Positions 12,841 to 24,700 of a DNA stretch of 64,000 nucleotides are shown piece by piece. The stretch comes from Fonticula alba ATCC 38817. Taxonomy: Eukaryota; Protista; Nucleariida. The stretch lies in NCBI GenBank assembly GCA_000388065.2, contig KB932210.1; one strand, 5' to 3'. The notes below the pieces were generated by a model. The model saw only the letters and a program-made list of their open reading frames with translations, did no database searches and was not told the DNA's origin. The number at the start of each line of letters is the position of its first letter. Position 1 is the stretch's first letter. The translations under genes were made by a program, and so were the position numbers.

Positions 12841-13751
12841 TCAGCCACGGAGTGCCAGGGCCGAGGCGCACTGGACGCGGAAGGTGGCTGCCGGCGGCCG
12901 CTGCGCCGGGTCCGAGTCCCAGGACAGGGCCACAAGCGCCCCGAGGCCAGGGTTGGCGCCGGCGGCGATGCCGGGCCGGGTGCCCACCTGCACCGAGCTG
13001 GAGATGGTCTGGAAGTCGGCACCTGAGCCGATGTGCGTGCGTGTGTGTGTGTGTGCGTGACAGAATTGCGGCCGGGTCAGATACATCGGGGGCTGGGTGG
13101 AGGGGGCGAGAGGGGCCGGCTAGCGCACCGTCCCAGGGGGTGGCCCGGTGGAGGCACTCCCACAGCATGATGGCCGCGCTGTAGATGTCCGCCGGGAGGT
13201 AGTGGTCCCGGTCGAGCGGGCGCTTCCGGTGGAAGGCGGCCAGCACCTCCGGCGCGGCGTACCGTGCCGTCAGGGCGTTCAGCTCCGGCGCCTGGCTCAC
13301 CAGGGTGGACGACCGGTCGGTGCTGAGGTTGCGCGAGGTGCCCAGGTCGCCGAGGGCCGCGCGCCAGCCGCCGTCCGGGCGCTGGCTGGCAAACACATTG
13401 CCCGGCTTCAAGTCCCGGTGGGCGATCCCCTGCGCGTGCATGGCCTCCAGCCCGGAGGCCCACTGCTGGCAGATGTCCAAGATGGTGCCCTGGTCCAGGG
13501 GGACGTCCGAGTGCAGGAGTGTCTGCAGGTCCGTGTCGAAGCGCTCCATGACGATGGCCGGCGGCTGCTCGCTGTACCCGTACAGCCGGACGACATTCGG
13601 CGCGTCGCGCAGCAGCCACATCAGCGCCACCTCGTTCTGGAAGAGGGTCACCTGCGTGGGGGTCATGCGCGCGGCCTTCAGCTGCTTGATGGCCACGGTG
13701 CTCGGGCAGCCCAGCCGGTCGGAGATGCCGGCCCCGACGGCGTGTGCCGCG
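12841..13751 (-). CDS. 3' kinase portion of a receptor kinase (about 99% identical to RK1 positions 1-643), 5' end lost in gap
   Basis: Exon 13751-13129, intron 13128-13023 (GTGCGC..CTCAG, phase 1), last exon 13022-12841 (GADFQTISSSVQVGTRP...ALALRG*). About 8 mismatches versus 1-643 by eye. Confidence 0.85.
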
Positions 13752-13761
13752 NNNNNNNNNN

Positions 13762-14747
13762 CCCCCCCCCCCCCCCCCCGGGGGGGGGGACCACTGGGCG
13801 TGCTGCATGGCGCAATGTGACGCCGGCCACCGTGCCAGGGCAATGTTCTGGCGCCGGGTCTCGCCTGTGGCCCGCCCTGCGGCGGGGCCTGTGACGCCCC
13901 ATTGGCGCCTGGGCCCCTGCCCTCCAGCGTGCCGCCGGTCGGCCGGCTCCCGGTGGCCGCGTGCCTGCGCGGCACACTGGCGCCCCCGCGCCTCGCCCCC
14001 CCCCCTCTTGGCGCGGCCGGCTCTTCGTCGGGACATCGCTCATCGGCCCAGAGCACGGCTCTGGCACACCTGCCCGCGCGCCGGTGTGTCCCACTGCTCG
14101 GCCGGCCGGGCGCATGCCCGTGCCGATACAAGCGCCCGCCTGACACCTCCCGGCGCCAAGGGTCCTGATCTCGCCCTCGGCCGTGACAAGATCGCCCGAG
14201 CATCTGCTGCCTGGCCAGGGGGGGGGCCAGCGCGCAGCCAACCGGCAGGCGGCTGTCCCAGGCCCCGGGCGCAGGGCCGCCGCCGGCGGAGCCGGGAGCC
14301 CTGCCGCCGGCGCCCCGGCGACATCCCCCACAAGGGTAGCATGGCCGTGGCATGGCCACCGGGCTGCCGGTACTGCCCCCCCCTCCCCCCCAGCCAGCAC
14401 GGCAGGCTGTCGCGGGCCGATGCCTCGCGGCCTGGGGCCGTGGGACATCGCGCCGCGGCTCGACCCCCGGCGCGCTGAGCCCCCCCCCCCCCTATGGGCG
14501 GCGAGCAGCCCGTCGCCGCCGGCCGCTTCCGACGGTGGCCGCCGCTCTGAAACGCGGCTGCTCACCTCGGCCGAGCTCCCGCACCCGGCGATTGGCCGGC
14601 ATCAAGACGCCCGCTCCCCCGGGGGGAGGGCCCGGGCGCGGCAAAAAAGGTATGTCCGAACCAGGACTCGAACCTGGGACATTCTGTGTGTTAGACAGAT
14701 ATGATAACCATCTACATCATTCGGACGCGGCGGATGGGACCCGGCCG
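13762..14747. repeat. ~985-bp segment identical to 20720-21705 (includes tRNA-Val)
   Basis: Constant offset of 6958; this copy starts at a 10-N gap and the other ends at a 10-N gap. Confidence 0.9.
14653..14726 (-). tRNA. tRNA-Val(AAC): tRNA-Val (anticodon AAC), copy 1
   Basis: GTCCGAA/TTCGGAC acceptor stem; TCTGT-CT-AAC-AC-ACAGA anticodon arm; GGTTCGAGTCC B box; T6 terminator (A6 on + at 14643-14648). Confidence 0.95.
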
Positions 14748-16833
14748 CGCGCGAGGCCATTTTTAGGACGCCGCCTCTGCGGCCCCGCGCCCCGCCGCGC
14801 AGGGGGACCGGCCGCAGCCCACGCACACGAGGACACCGCACACGCCGCAGCCTCGCAGGAAGCGAGCCCCGCGCCGGAATCGCCGGCTCCCCGCCGAAGG
14901 CGCGGCCCCTCCCGTGCGCCGTGGAACCCCCGCACCTGGCGCGGGCCGCGGCACCGTCGCCCGAGCCCCGATACACCCCAACCGCGTCTTGCCTCGCGGG
15001 CCATGCCCCGCCGTCCCCTGCGGCGGGCCGCCCCGCCCCCGCGCCGGGCACGTTCCCGCGTGGCCGGGGTGCGCGGGGTCCGACGCGCCCCGAGCGCGCC
15101 GTGATGGCCGCCAGCAGCCCCGGGGGTGTCTCACCCCCCGCTCTTGGGGGGGCGGGGGAACTACCGCACGGGGCGGCGTGCTCCGGGGCCCGGGTGCGCG
15201 GGGAACAGGCCCGCGGCACTGCCAACGCATGGGCCCCTCACGCATGGGCCCAAGACAAATGTACGTCCTCGGCGCACGTACATTTGATGGTGTGTATCAT
15301 ATTTGTTTATTTGTTTTTGGTCCATTTCGCGCGATCCGGCCGTTTCGGATTTTCGCCTGAACCCTCCTTCTCTGCAAGGGGGATCGGCCAACTCCGGGGC
15401 ACGGTCGCGCCATCCCGGGCGGCGGCATGTATCACTCGGCGCCGGATCCGGCGGGGCTCATCCCGGGGCTCGTCTTCCCGGGCCCATATGTTCGTTCGGC
15501 ACCCCCCGGCCGGCCCTTGCTCGGCGCCCACAGGCAACGGGCCCCGCCCGGCGGCTCACCACCGCGGCAGGGGCAAGGGCGCCGGGATCCGTTGCGGGCG
15601 TCGCGGCCCGCGAATGGCGCGGCCGGTTCCAAACTCACCCGGAGCACCCCCCAGGCATGGGGCTCCTTGGCGTCGCCGGTCCCGGAGCCGCCCCCCGCCA
15701 AGTTCCCTGCGGTGCGACGTGCGACACATACACATGCACGCGCACAGGGGCCCGGGGCCTGGGGATTGGGCCCGGCCGAGGTGCCTCTCGCCGGACCGAT
15801 GCATTCGCCGCCCGGGCGGCAGTGCGCTCGCCGCCGCCAGCCCACCACCGTGGCCGCAGGGTCGAGCTGCCCTCCCGGCCGGCGGCCCACGCCCCCGATG
15901 AGGCCTGCACGGCGCGCGGCCCGGCCCCAGGGGGGATCCTAGAATGGGTCCTGCGAGCATGCGCCAGGCCGCCCCGCCGGTGTGCCTTGGGCATGCGCCT
16001 CGGAGGACTGCACGCCTGGCGAGCTCCCCTCCCCCCTCTCTCCGCCTCTCCATGGCTCTCCTGCGGCTCGTGTGGTGTGCCAGACATGCACGCACGCACA
16101 CGCACACACACACGCACACACGCACCCTGCATGGTGATGATGCGGCCCGCCTCGTGGCGTCGCGTTGACCCTCGGGTCCGTGATCTCGCCGGCTGCCCGG
16201 CGCCCGTGCCCCTCCCTGTGGACGAGGCATGGCCACCTGTTGGCTGCTCTCTGCCCTTGGCCCGAGCACTCGCCGCCACGTTGGCACTCCGTGGCATGAG
16301 CGGTGGATGCGCGCCCGGGCCGCCGGGAGCGCCCGCTGGCCCTCGCACAGGCAGCCGGCCGCCCAACTGACCGCCCTCCTCCCCTGAGATCCGCCCGCAG
16401 GCCGGACCCCTCGGCGACGGGCGGCCTAACACCCTCCAGGCCGGCATAACACCATCCCCCCCCTCTCCCGATCGCCGCCCAGCTGGGCGCGCCTCCATCC
16501 GACGAGCGCGCGCCGAAAGGCCCCTGCCGACCTCGCGGCGCAGAGGCGCACAGAACCCCAGGTGTACGTTGGTACCTGGACCGACACCTGCGCGTCCCCT
16601 GGCCGTGTTATTTACTTCTTCCTGCCGTTCCGCCTCTTTTGTGCGAGCCCCCGCCCAGGAGCCCGAGGCCTTGGGCCCAAGCCCCACATCGCCATCTGCC
16701 ACCCCGCGGCCTGCCCCCCCCCCCCCCTTCCTTGTGCCCTTGCCCTGTCCCTGCCCGTCGCCCCTGCCTCCGGCCAGCATCGTTTTCTTCCCCTCGGCGG
16801 TCGCCCACCCGCCTGCCAGCGAGCGCCACAAGC

Positions 16834-18217
16834 ATGCTTCCCGTGGCCGGCCCCGGCCCGGGCCCGGGCCCGGCGCGGCTGGCCGCCCTGGTCATCCTGT
16901 GCGGCATCCTGCTCGCCACGGCGGGAATCTGCGCCATCCCCTCCCAGCAGCCCCTCTATGCCATGATCACCGACGACCCGCTGCCCGGAGCCGGGTACAT
17001 GGTCCCCGGCGAGGGTGCCGCGTCGGTGGCCCTGTACCCGGGGCCCGGCCAGCAGCCGGACCAGGTGCTGGTGTACGGCCAGCGGGACCCCTCGCGGCCG
17101 GGGGTCTTCCCGGACTGGCGCGTCGGGTCGCTGTTCCACCAGCCGCCCGGGGAGCCGCGCTTTCGCCTCGGCGGCGCGGTGCCCGGGCCGGTGTCCGGGC
17201 GGGTGATTCTGCCCACCGCCACGGGGGCCGCCCTGCCGGGCTTCGTGCTGACCGTCGAGCAGGAGCTCCTGTGGTTCCCGACGGAGGGCGGCCAGCCGGC
17301 CGGCTGTCACCTGGCCGGGCCCTTTGCCCTGCTGGCCGGCGTGGCCCACACGGCCGACGACCTGGATGTCCTGGTCCGGTCTGCCGACGAGCTGGCCGTG
17401 GCCTTCCTCCAGGATGGCCGGTGCACCATGGACCGGCTTGCGCTGCCGGCCATGTGGGCCTCGGTGCCGGCCACGCCGGTGGCCGGCCTCCCGCGCGGGC
17501 AATTCATCCTCTTCCACGACCGGGAAATGCTTGCCTACGCCTCGGTGGCCGGGCGCCTGGAGTACGCCGGCCGGCGGACCGAGGGCGCGGCCATCCGCCA
17601 AGCGCTGGCCACGCGCCTGGGCCCGGGGCTGCCCGGGCACTTTGACATGGCCATCCTGCTGGACACCCAGCAGGTGCATTTGCTCCAGGACTGCCAGGTC
17701 CTCGCGGAGAGCTGGCTCTGCAAGCGGGACCGCATGGTGAGCCCGGCGCCGGACATGCCGGCCGAGGGCCGGCTCCTGGCGCCGGACTTCCGCACCCAGC
17801 CGGCCGGCGATCCGGCCGTGGTCTTCTATGTGCCCCCTCCGATGACGTCCCGGGTGCATGTCTGGCGTTTGGCCACCGACGAGACTCCCGTCCAGTGGGC
17901 GGCCTTTCGGCTGCCGCCCATCGCGCGTGGGCTAGTGCTGGACTTGCGCCGGATGGCCCTGGCCCCGGGGATGCGGCGGTATGCCCTCGGCGCCGCGGGC
18001 GTGCTTCTGCTCGGGGCCACGGACTTCCTCTGCGACACCGATGAGTCGATCACCTGCCTGCCGGTCATTCCCTTTCCGTTCAACTTTGATCACTCTCAAG
18101 TTGGCTGGGCGTGTGCTGCCGGGCAATTTGAAGCCCCGTTCATGTCCCCCGGGCGCCTGTGCCACGGCTGTGCCGATGGTCATTCGGTTCTCTGGTCGGC
18201 GTCCACCACGGATAGTT
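16834..18217 (+). CDS. RK3: exon 1 (signal peptide + domain A) of a receptor kinase; probably the first exon of RK4
   Basis: MLPVAGPGPGPGPARLAALVILCGILLATAGICA signal peptide; family Cys motif FLCDTDESITC...WAC..G..EAPFMSPGRLCHGC; phase-1 donor GTATGT at 18218; 1384 nt. Confidence 0.85.
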
Positions 18218-18287
18218 GTATGTCTTTCCTGCCCTTCGCTGTCCGGCCGGTCGGCCGCCCCGTGGTGTATCCTGCCCTTGCCCCTTG

Positions 18288-18288
<1 letters not shown>

Positions 18289-18324
<36 letters not shown>

Positions 18325-18395
18325 CTCTCAGTTTCTCTCAGTTTCTCTCTTTCTCAGTTTCTCTCTTTCTCAGTTTCTCTCTTTCTCAGTTTCTC
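18289..18395. repeat. (CT)n / TTTCTCTCAG microsatellite in RK3 intron 1
   Basis: Visible CT tract followed by degenerate TTTCTCTCAG/TTTCTCTCT units. Confidence 0.85.
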
Positions 18396-19424
18396 CCCCT
18401 CCCCCCCCCCTTGCCCTCCAATGCCTCATGCACTAATGGCTTGGATCCNNNNNNNNNNGGGGGGGGGGGGGGAAGACGGCGTGCGGACGGACGGACGAAG
18501 GAGGGGAGCATGGAGGCCGGTCCCTGTGGTCGAGTCCGCGGCGGGGGCATTTCTCTCCGCCGGGCCGTGTCGGCAGATCATCCCCCCTCCCCTCTGGCAG
18601 GCCTGTCGGGGGCTGCGACGAGTGGGCACCCACACGCGGGAGTTGGGCGCTCGCCATGGGTTGGCACTTGGCCGAGGTATCATTAGCCGAGGGGTTGCAC
18701 GATGTTGTGGCCCCGGCCTCGGGCGTGGCGGGGCGCTGGGGCGCCGGGGGCGGCACCGCACGACGCCCGCCACGGGGGAGACCGGGCGCGCGCCCCCCCC
18801 CGCCCCCCCCCCCTGGGGGCCGGGCCGGCCAGGTTGATGCCTGGGCTCCCGGCAGGGGCACCGCAGATGTCTGTCACATCGCTGGACGTACACGCACGCG
18901 CGCGCACACACATTCACACCCCCGAGAGGGGAGGGGGGGGGGGCGCACGCGGGGGAGGGGCCCGTTATGTGCAGCCGGCGCCGGGGAGCGCATGTGCACG
19001 CGCTGGCCCTGGCCCGGGCCGGGAATGCGCGCTCCGTCCCCCCCCCCCCCCCCCCCCGGGCAAGGCGCCCGCCGGGGTGCCGAGAAATGCGCCGATCGGG
19101 CGAAAGGTACCCTTCTCGTGGGCCAGTCCGGGCGGGGGGGGCCGGGGGCGCGCGGCGGGACCTCGTCGTCTCGCCCGGGGCCCCGTCCTGTGGGATGTTG
19201 TCGCACGGCGAGGGGCCCGCCCCGGCGCCGTGTGGTTGGTGCCGGCCCCGGGCCTCGGGGTTGCCCGCGCATTCCGTTTGGGTAGATGGGCCGCCGGTGC
19301 CCGCCGCCCAGGCAGCCGGCGCGCCCGCGCGCCCGCGACGGGTGGCCCCTCGTCACTTGCCTGCACATGCGTCCTGAGGCTCGACAGACGGTGGACGGGC
19401 CTCCCCGCGGATGGCCTTCGCTCT

Positions 19425-19595
19425 GCCTCTCTCTCCCACGCTCTCTCCCACGCTCTCTGGCCCTCTCCGCCTCTCTCCGCCTCTTTTTGTCTCTCTCTCT
19501 CTCACGCTCTCTCCCACGTTCTCTGTCTCTCTTTCTCGTTCTCGCTCTGACTCTCTCGCTCTGACTCTCTCGCTCTCACTCTCTCTGATCCCCTG

Positions 19596-19635
<40 letters not shown>

Positions 19636-19642
19636 GCACGCG
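19425..19642. repeat. Degenerate (CT)n followed by (CA)n microsatellite
   Basis: CT-rich tract 19425-19587; pure (CA)n ~19597-19630. Confidence 0.85.
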
Positions 19643-20719
19643 CGCGCCTCTGGTCGGCACCATTGGCGGCCGCGGGCACGGGCATGCCTGGCTGGCCTCC
19701 CCCTCCCGCTCCAGCACCACCGGCCCCGGCGCAACGGATGCCCGGCCCGAGGCACGACGACCGGCCCGGGCACCCGGTGGGCCGGCGTCGCGTCCGCTGG
19801 GCCTCGGCCCTCGCAGGACGCCGCACAGCCAGCCCCCCCGCCGCAAGGACGGCCCCTCCCCCTCCGGCCGATGCCGACAAGCGCCCATGCGCCCCCGGGC
19901 CACCGGGAATGGAAGGCAACCGGCGCCGTGCCGGCGGCCATGCCCACGACGGCGGCCCGCCGGGTGCGGGCCCGGCACCATGACCCGCGGCACCCGGACA
20001 CCGGCGAGGTGGCCCGGCGGGTGCTCTTTCCCCGGGTCGAAGGGGCGCCGGCCGACCTTGCCCCGCGCCAGCACCCAGGACCCGGCGCCGGTGTGGGCGC
20101 CGGCGGCCGTGCATCCGGCGGGGGGGGGGGGGGGGGGGGCGCATGCCGGGCCACGCCCGGGCAGCGACATTGGGCCAGGTCACCACCCAGCCGAGGCCGA
20201 GATCAGGGCCCTTGGCGCGTGCCGGTGCCTGGCGGACATGCGGCGCCTGGCCTCGCCCCTCCCGGGGGTCGGATGGCCGAGCCCACTGCGCGCCGGCACC
20301 GGGCCCGGGACCGAGCCGGGCCGCACACGCGTGCCCCGGGTCCCACATTCGTGGCTCCGGCCCGGGCCCGCATCCGCCACGGCCCGGCGGGGGAGCCCGC
20401 TCCCGGAGCCACCTCCCCGGCGCCGGGCCGGAGCCACCTCCCGGCGCCTGCCCCTCACGAGCACCACACCCGGCTCCGACGGCGACTGGGCCCGTGCCGC
20501 GCCACAGCAGCACACTTGGCCGACCGCCCCCCGCCTCCCCGGCCACAACGCCACACCCGGCCGGGCCCGAGGGGTCTGGCGTGCATGCGCGCTGTCGGTC
20601 CCGCACCAGGGCCTTCCGAAGTCGCGGGGCCGGACCCCGGCGCAGATCCGCCCGCGACATGTGCCGGCCCTTGCCGGGCACGCCCCCTCGGGCACCGGGC
20701 CTGCCGGAGGGCCACACCT

Positions 20720-21705
20720 CCCCCCCCCCCCCCCCCCGGGGGGGGGGACCACTGGGCGTGCTGCATGGCGCAATGTGACGCCGGCCACCGTGCCAGGGCA
20801 ATGTTCTGGCGCCGGGTCTCGCCTGTGGCCCGCCCTGCGGCGGGGCCTGTGACGCCCCATTGGCGCCTGGGCCCCTGCCCTCCAGCGTGCCGCCGGTCGG
20901 CCGGCTCCCGGTGGCCGCGTGCCTGCGCGGCACACTGGCGCCCCCGCGCCTCGCCCCCCCCCCTCTTGGCGCGGCCGGCTCTTCGTCGGGACATCGCTCA
21001 TCGGCCCAGAGCACGGCTCTGGCACACCTGCCCGCGCGCCGGTGTGTCCCACTGCTCGGCCGGCCGGGCGCATGCCCGTGCCGATACAAGCGCCCGCCTG
21101 ACACCTCCCGGCGCCAAGGGTCCTGATCTCGCCCTCGGCCGTGACAAGATCGCCCGAGCATCTGCTGCCTGGCCAGGGGGGGGGCCAGCGCGCAGCCAAC
21201 CGGCAGGCGGCTGTCCCAGGCCCCGGGCGCAGGGCCGCCGCCGGCGGAGCCGGGAGCCCTGCCGCCGGCGCCCCGGCGACATCCCCCACAAGGGTAGCAT
21301 GGCCGTGGCATGGCCACCGGGCTGCCGGTACTGCCCCCCCCTCCCCCCCAGCCAGCACGGCAGGCTGTCGCGGGCCGATGCCTCGCGGCCTGGGGCCGTG
21401 GGACATCGCGCCGCGGCTCGACCCCCGGCGCGCTGAGCCCCCCCCCCCCCTATGGGCGGCGAGCAGCCCGTCGCCGCCGGCCGCTTCCGACGGTGGCCGC
21501 CGCTCTGAAACGCGGCTGCTCACCTCGGCCGAGCTCCCGCACCCGGCGATTGGCCGGCATCAAGACGCCCGCTCCCCCGGGGGGAGGGCCCGGGCGCGGC
21601 AAAAAAGGTATGTCCGAACCAGGACTCGAACCTGGGACATTCTGTGTGTTAGACAGATATGATAACCATCTACATCATTCGGACGCGGCGGATGGGACCC
21701 GGCCG
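20720..21705. repeat. Second copy of the 13762-14747 segment
   Basis: Identical by eye to 13762-14747; ends at the gap 21706-21715. Confidence 0.9.
21611..21684 (-). tRNA. tRNA-Val(AAC): tRNA-Val (AAC), copy 2 (may be the same locus as copy 1 assembled twice)
   Basis: Sequence identical to 14653-14726, within the duplicated segment. Confidence 0.85.
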
Positions 21706-21732
21706 NNNNNNNNNNCCCCCCCGATGGCCCAG

Positions 21733-24700
21733 TCTCTTGCTCACCAAGCCCCATGGAGCGATGCCTCGCGTTGCAGCGCGGCCGTGGCGAGTGCGCCCTC
21801 TGCACCCCGGGGCTCATGCTTCAGGAGGGCCCGGTGGCGCACGGCGAGCCGGCCGCCTGCACCATGGTCTGCCCCTCCCAGAGCCAGATCAATGGCGGCA
21901 TCTGCGAGCTGGGCCCGCTGGACTGGGGCATCCGCCCGCCGGGCCACCTGCGCCTTGCCCAGGGCGGGGACTTCTCCCTGGGGCCTCCGCGGCTCCTGGC
22001 CCGGTCGCTGCTCAGGCCGATGGCCTCCCTCGAGCGGTGGGCCCTGGCCGAGGCCCTGCCCCCGGAGGAGCACTCCCATGTGGTGCTGGCCCTGGGCCCG
22101 GGCATGGCCGCCCCGCGACTGCTGGACATGGCGGCGTCCCTGGCGCCTGTTGGCACGCCGGACAGCCGGGTCCCCCCGGTGCTGGGCACCGCCGTGGCCT
22201 ACGCCGAGCTCGGGCCGCTGCATTCGCCGGGACCACCCGAGCGTGTGGCCCTGGTGCAGGTGTTCTGCCACGGCCCCGGGCGGCTGGGCTTCATCACGGC
22301 CACCATCCCCCGGCAGGCCGGCCCGGCGGATGTGGCCCCCGTGGACTTTGGCCCGGTGCAGGATGTGCCGCTGCATGGGGCCCGGTGTGTGGGCCTCCGG
22401 CGCCTGTCGGCCCGGGCCCTCAGCATGCTGCTGGTGCCGGAGGCCGGGGAAGGAGACCCGGCCCCCGGGGGCCCGGGCGGCCAGCCCTCTCGCGCGGCCC
22501 TGGTCATGCTGTCCCCCGGGGACGACCGCATGCCGGATGGGCTGACGGTCATCCTCCCGCCCATGGGCCACACAGGCCCCGGGCACCTGGCCACCTTCCC
22601 GTCCTTCATGGACCCCCGCCCGGAGGGGCCCGCATGGTGGTACCTCTTCGGCGGCCAGGGCAGCGCCCCTGCCGCCGGGGGTTTTGGCACCGCCCTGCCG
22701 GCCGGGGTGCTGGAGGCCGAGGACCCACAGGCCCGGCGGGCGTCCGGCCATGCGGTCGTCTGGCAGGCGGGGATGCTGAGCTCCTTCTCCCCCCTGCTGG
22801 TGCCGATGGCCCTCGACACGCATGCAGCCTCGCGGCATCCGGCCGAGCTGCTGTTCACTTGGGTGTACCAGGAGGCCTGGTGGGCGATCCATGTGCCGGG
22901 AGCCGGGTCGCTGCAGGGCCGCTCCCGGAACATGGGCTCGCGCGGGGTCCAGCGCCTGGGGGCCTGGCGCGGGCTGTCGGCCGGCCCCGGGGTCGGGCTC
23001 TTCCCCCTGCCGGCCCTCGGCCTGCCGACGTACCCCAGCGGCCTGCTGCTGGTCAGCGAGGTCGGGCTGCTGGGGCTGGCCCTGCTCCGGTGCCCGGGCG
23101 ACGGCACCCACGAGTGCACCCTGCGGCCGGCCACCTGGCACAAGCTGTCCGGGCCGCTGGCCCCCGGGCAGGCGGCCCTGGTGTCGGTGCTGCGGCTGCC
23201 CCCCCAGGCAGACCCGGGGGAGGCCATCCTCCTGGTGGGCCTCGGCCCGGACCGGGCCCCCATGTTCCTGAGCATCCACGATGGCGCCTGCCCGGGCGGC
23301 ACCTTCGGCCCGGCGTGCGAGCCCTGCGACCACCTTTGCGCCACCTGCCACGGGCCCCGGCCGGAGGACTGCCTCACCTGCCGGCTCTCCTCCCCGGCCC
23401 CGGGGGACGGCTGCCTGGACACGTGCGCCGACGGGCTGTTCCCCCCGGCCACCAGCCCCTTCATCGGCCAGTGCCTTTGCCACCCGCACTGCCAGACCTG
23501 CGCCCGGGCCCCGGCGAGCCTGGGCGGCGGCTATATGTGCACCTCCTGCCCCGCGGGCATGGTCCTCTCCTCGCAGAACGGCGGGGGCGGCGGGGGCGGG
23601 GGCGGGGGCGGGGGCGGCGGCGGCGGCCAGCCGATCCCCGAGTGGGGCCACTGTCTGCCCTGCGCCCCGGCGTGCGCCGAGTGCGCCTTCCCCGACGACC
23701 CGGCCGCCTGCACGGCTTGCCCGGCCGGGAAGTTCCTGTACCTGGGCGCCTGCCTTGATGCTTGTCCGCTGGGGATGTACCCGGACCCGGGCCGTGCGTG
23801 CGCCCCGTGCCCGGCTGGGTGCGACGTCTGCTCGATGGAGCATGACTGCGAGGTTTGTGCCGACGACTTCACCCGCGGCACCGATGGCCTGTGTCACCGG
23901 TGCGACGTCTCCTGCAACGGGTGCCTCAGTAGCACGGCCTGTTTGGCGTGTCGCCCGGGCCTGGTGTTCCTGGACCCCCAGGCGCCCTCGCTGTGCGGCA
24001 GCACCTGCGCCCCGGGCGAGTATGCCGGCGCGGGCCGATGTGCCGCGTGTGATGGGTCTTGTGCCCTGTGCGACCAGGCGGCCGACCGGTGCCAGGTGTG
24101 TGCGGCCGGCTTCCGCTGGGCCGCGGGCCCGCCGGCGGCCGGCGCNNNNNNNNNNNNNNNNNNNNNNNNNNNNNNNNNNNNNNNNNNNNNNNNNNNNNNN
24201 NNNNNNNNNNNNNNNNNNNNNNNNNNNNNNNNNNNNNNNNNNNNNNNNNNNNNNNNNNNNNNNNNNNNNNNNNNNNNNNNNNNNNNNNNNNNNNNNNNNN
24301 NNNNNNNNNNNNNNNNNNNNNNNNNNNNNNNNNNNNNNNNNNNNNNNNNNNNNNNNNNNNNNNNNNNNNNNNNNNNNNNNNNNNNNNNNNNNNNNNNNNN
24401 NNNNNNNNNNNNNNNNNNNNNNNNNNNNNNNNNNNNNNNNNNNNNNNNNNNNNNNNNNNNNNNNNNNNNNNNNNNNNNNNNNNNNNNNNNNNNNNNNNNN
24501 NNNNNNNNNNNNNNNNNNNNNNNNNNNNNNNNNNNNNNNNNNNNNNNNNNNNNNNNNNNNNNNNNNNNNNNNNNNNNNNNNNNNNNNNNNNNNNNNNNNN
24601 NNNNNNNNNNNNNNNNNNNNNNNNNNNNNNNNNNNNNNNNNNNNNNNNNNNNNNNNNNNNNNNNNNNNNNNNNNNNNNNNNNNNNNNNNNNNNNNNNNNN

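Noticed and set aside
12779-14359. 526-aa ORF fusing a low-complexity N-terminus to the kinase
   Set aside because: Reads across the 10-N gap and an intron; chimeric artefact.
13762-14747. Duplicated segment as a mobile element
   Set aside because: No terminal inverted repeats, target-site duplication or transposase/RT; gap-bounded identity favours contig overlap.
18655-18705. Possible fourth copy of the conserved upstream element (GTTGGCA..GGTATCA..GGGTTGC)
   Set aside because: Only short scattered matches; too weak to call by eye.
18459-20720. Many GC-rich ORFs (e.g. 19353-21317, 19871-21436)
   Set aside because: Low complexity with microsatellites and no recognisable motifs or consistent splice structure; treated as intergenic.
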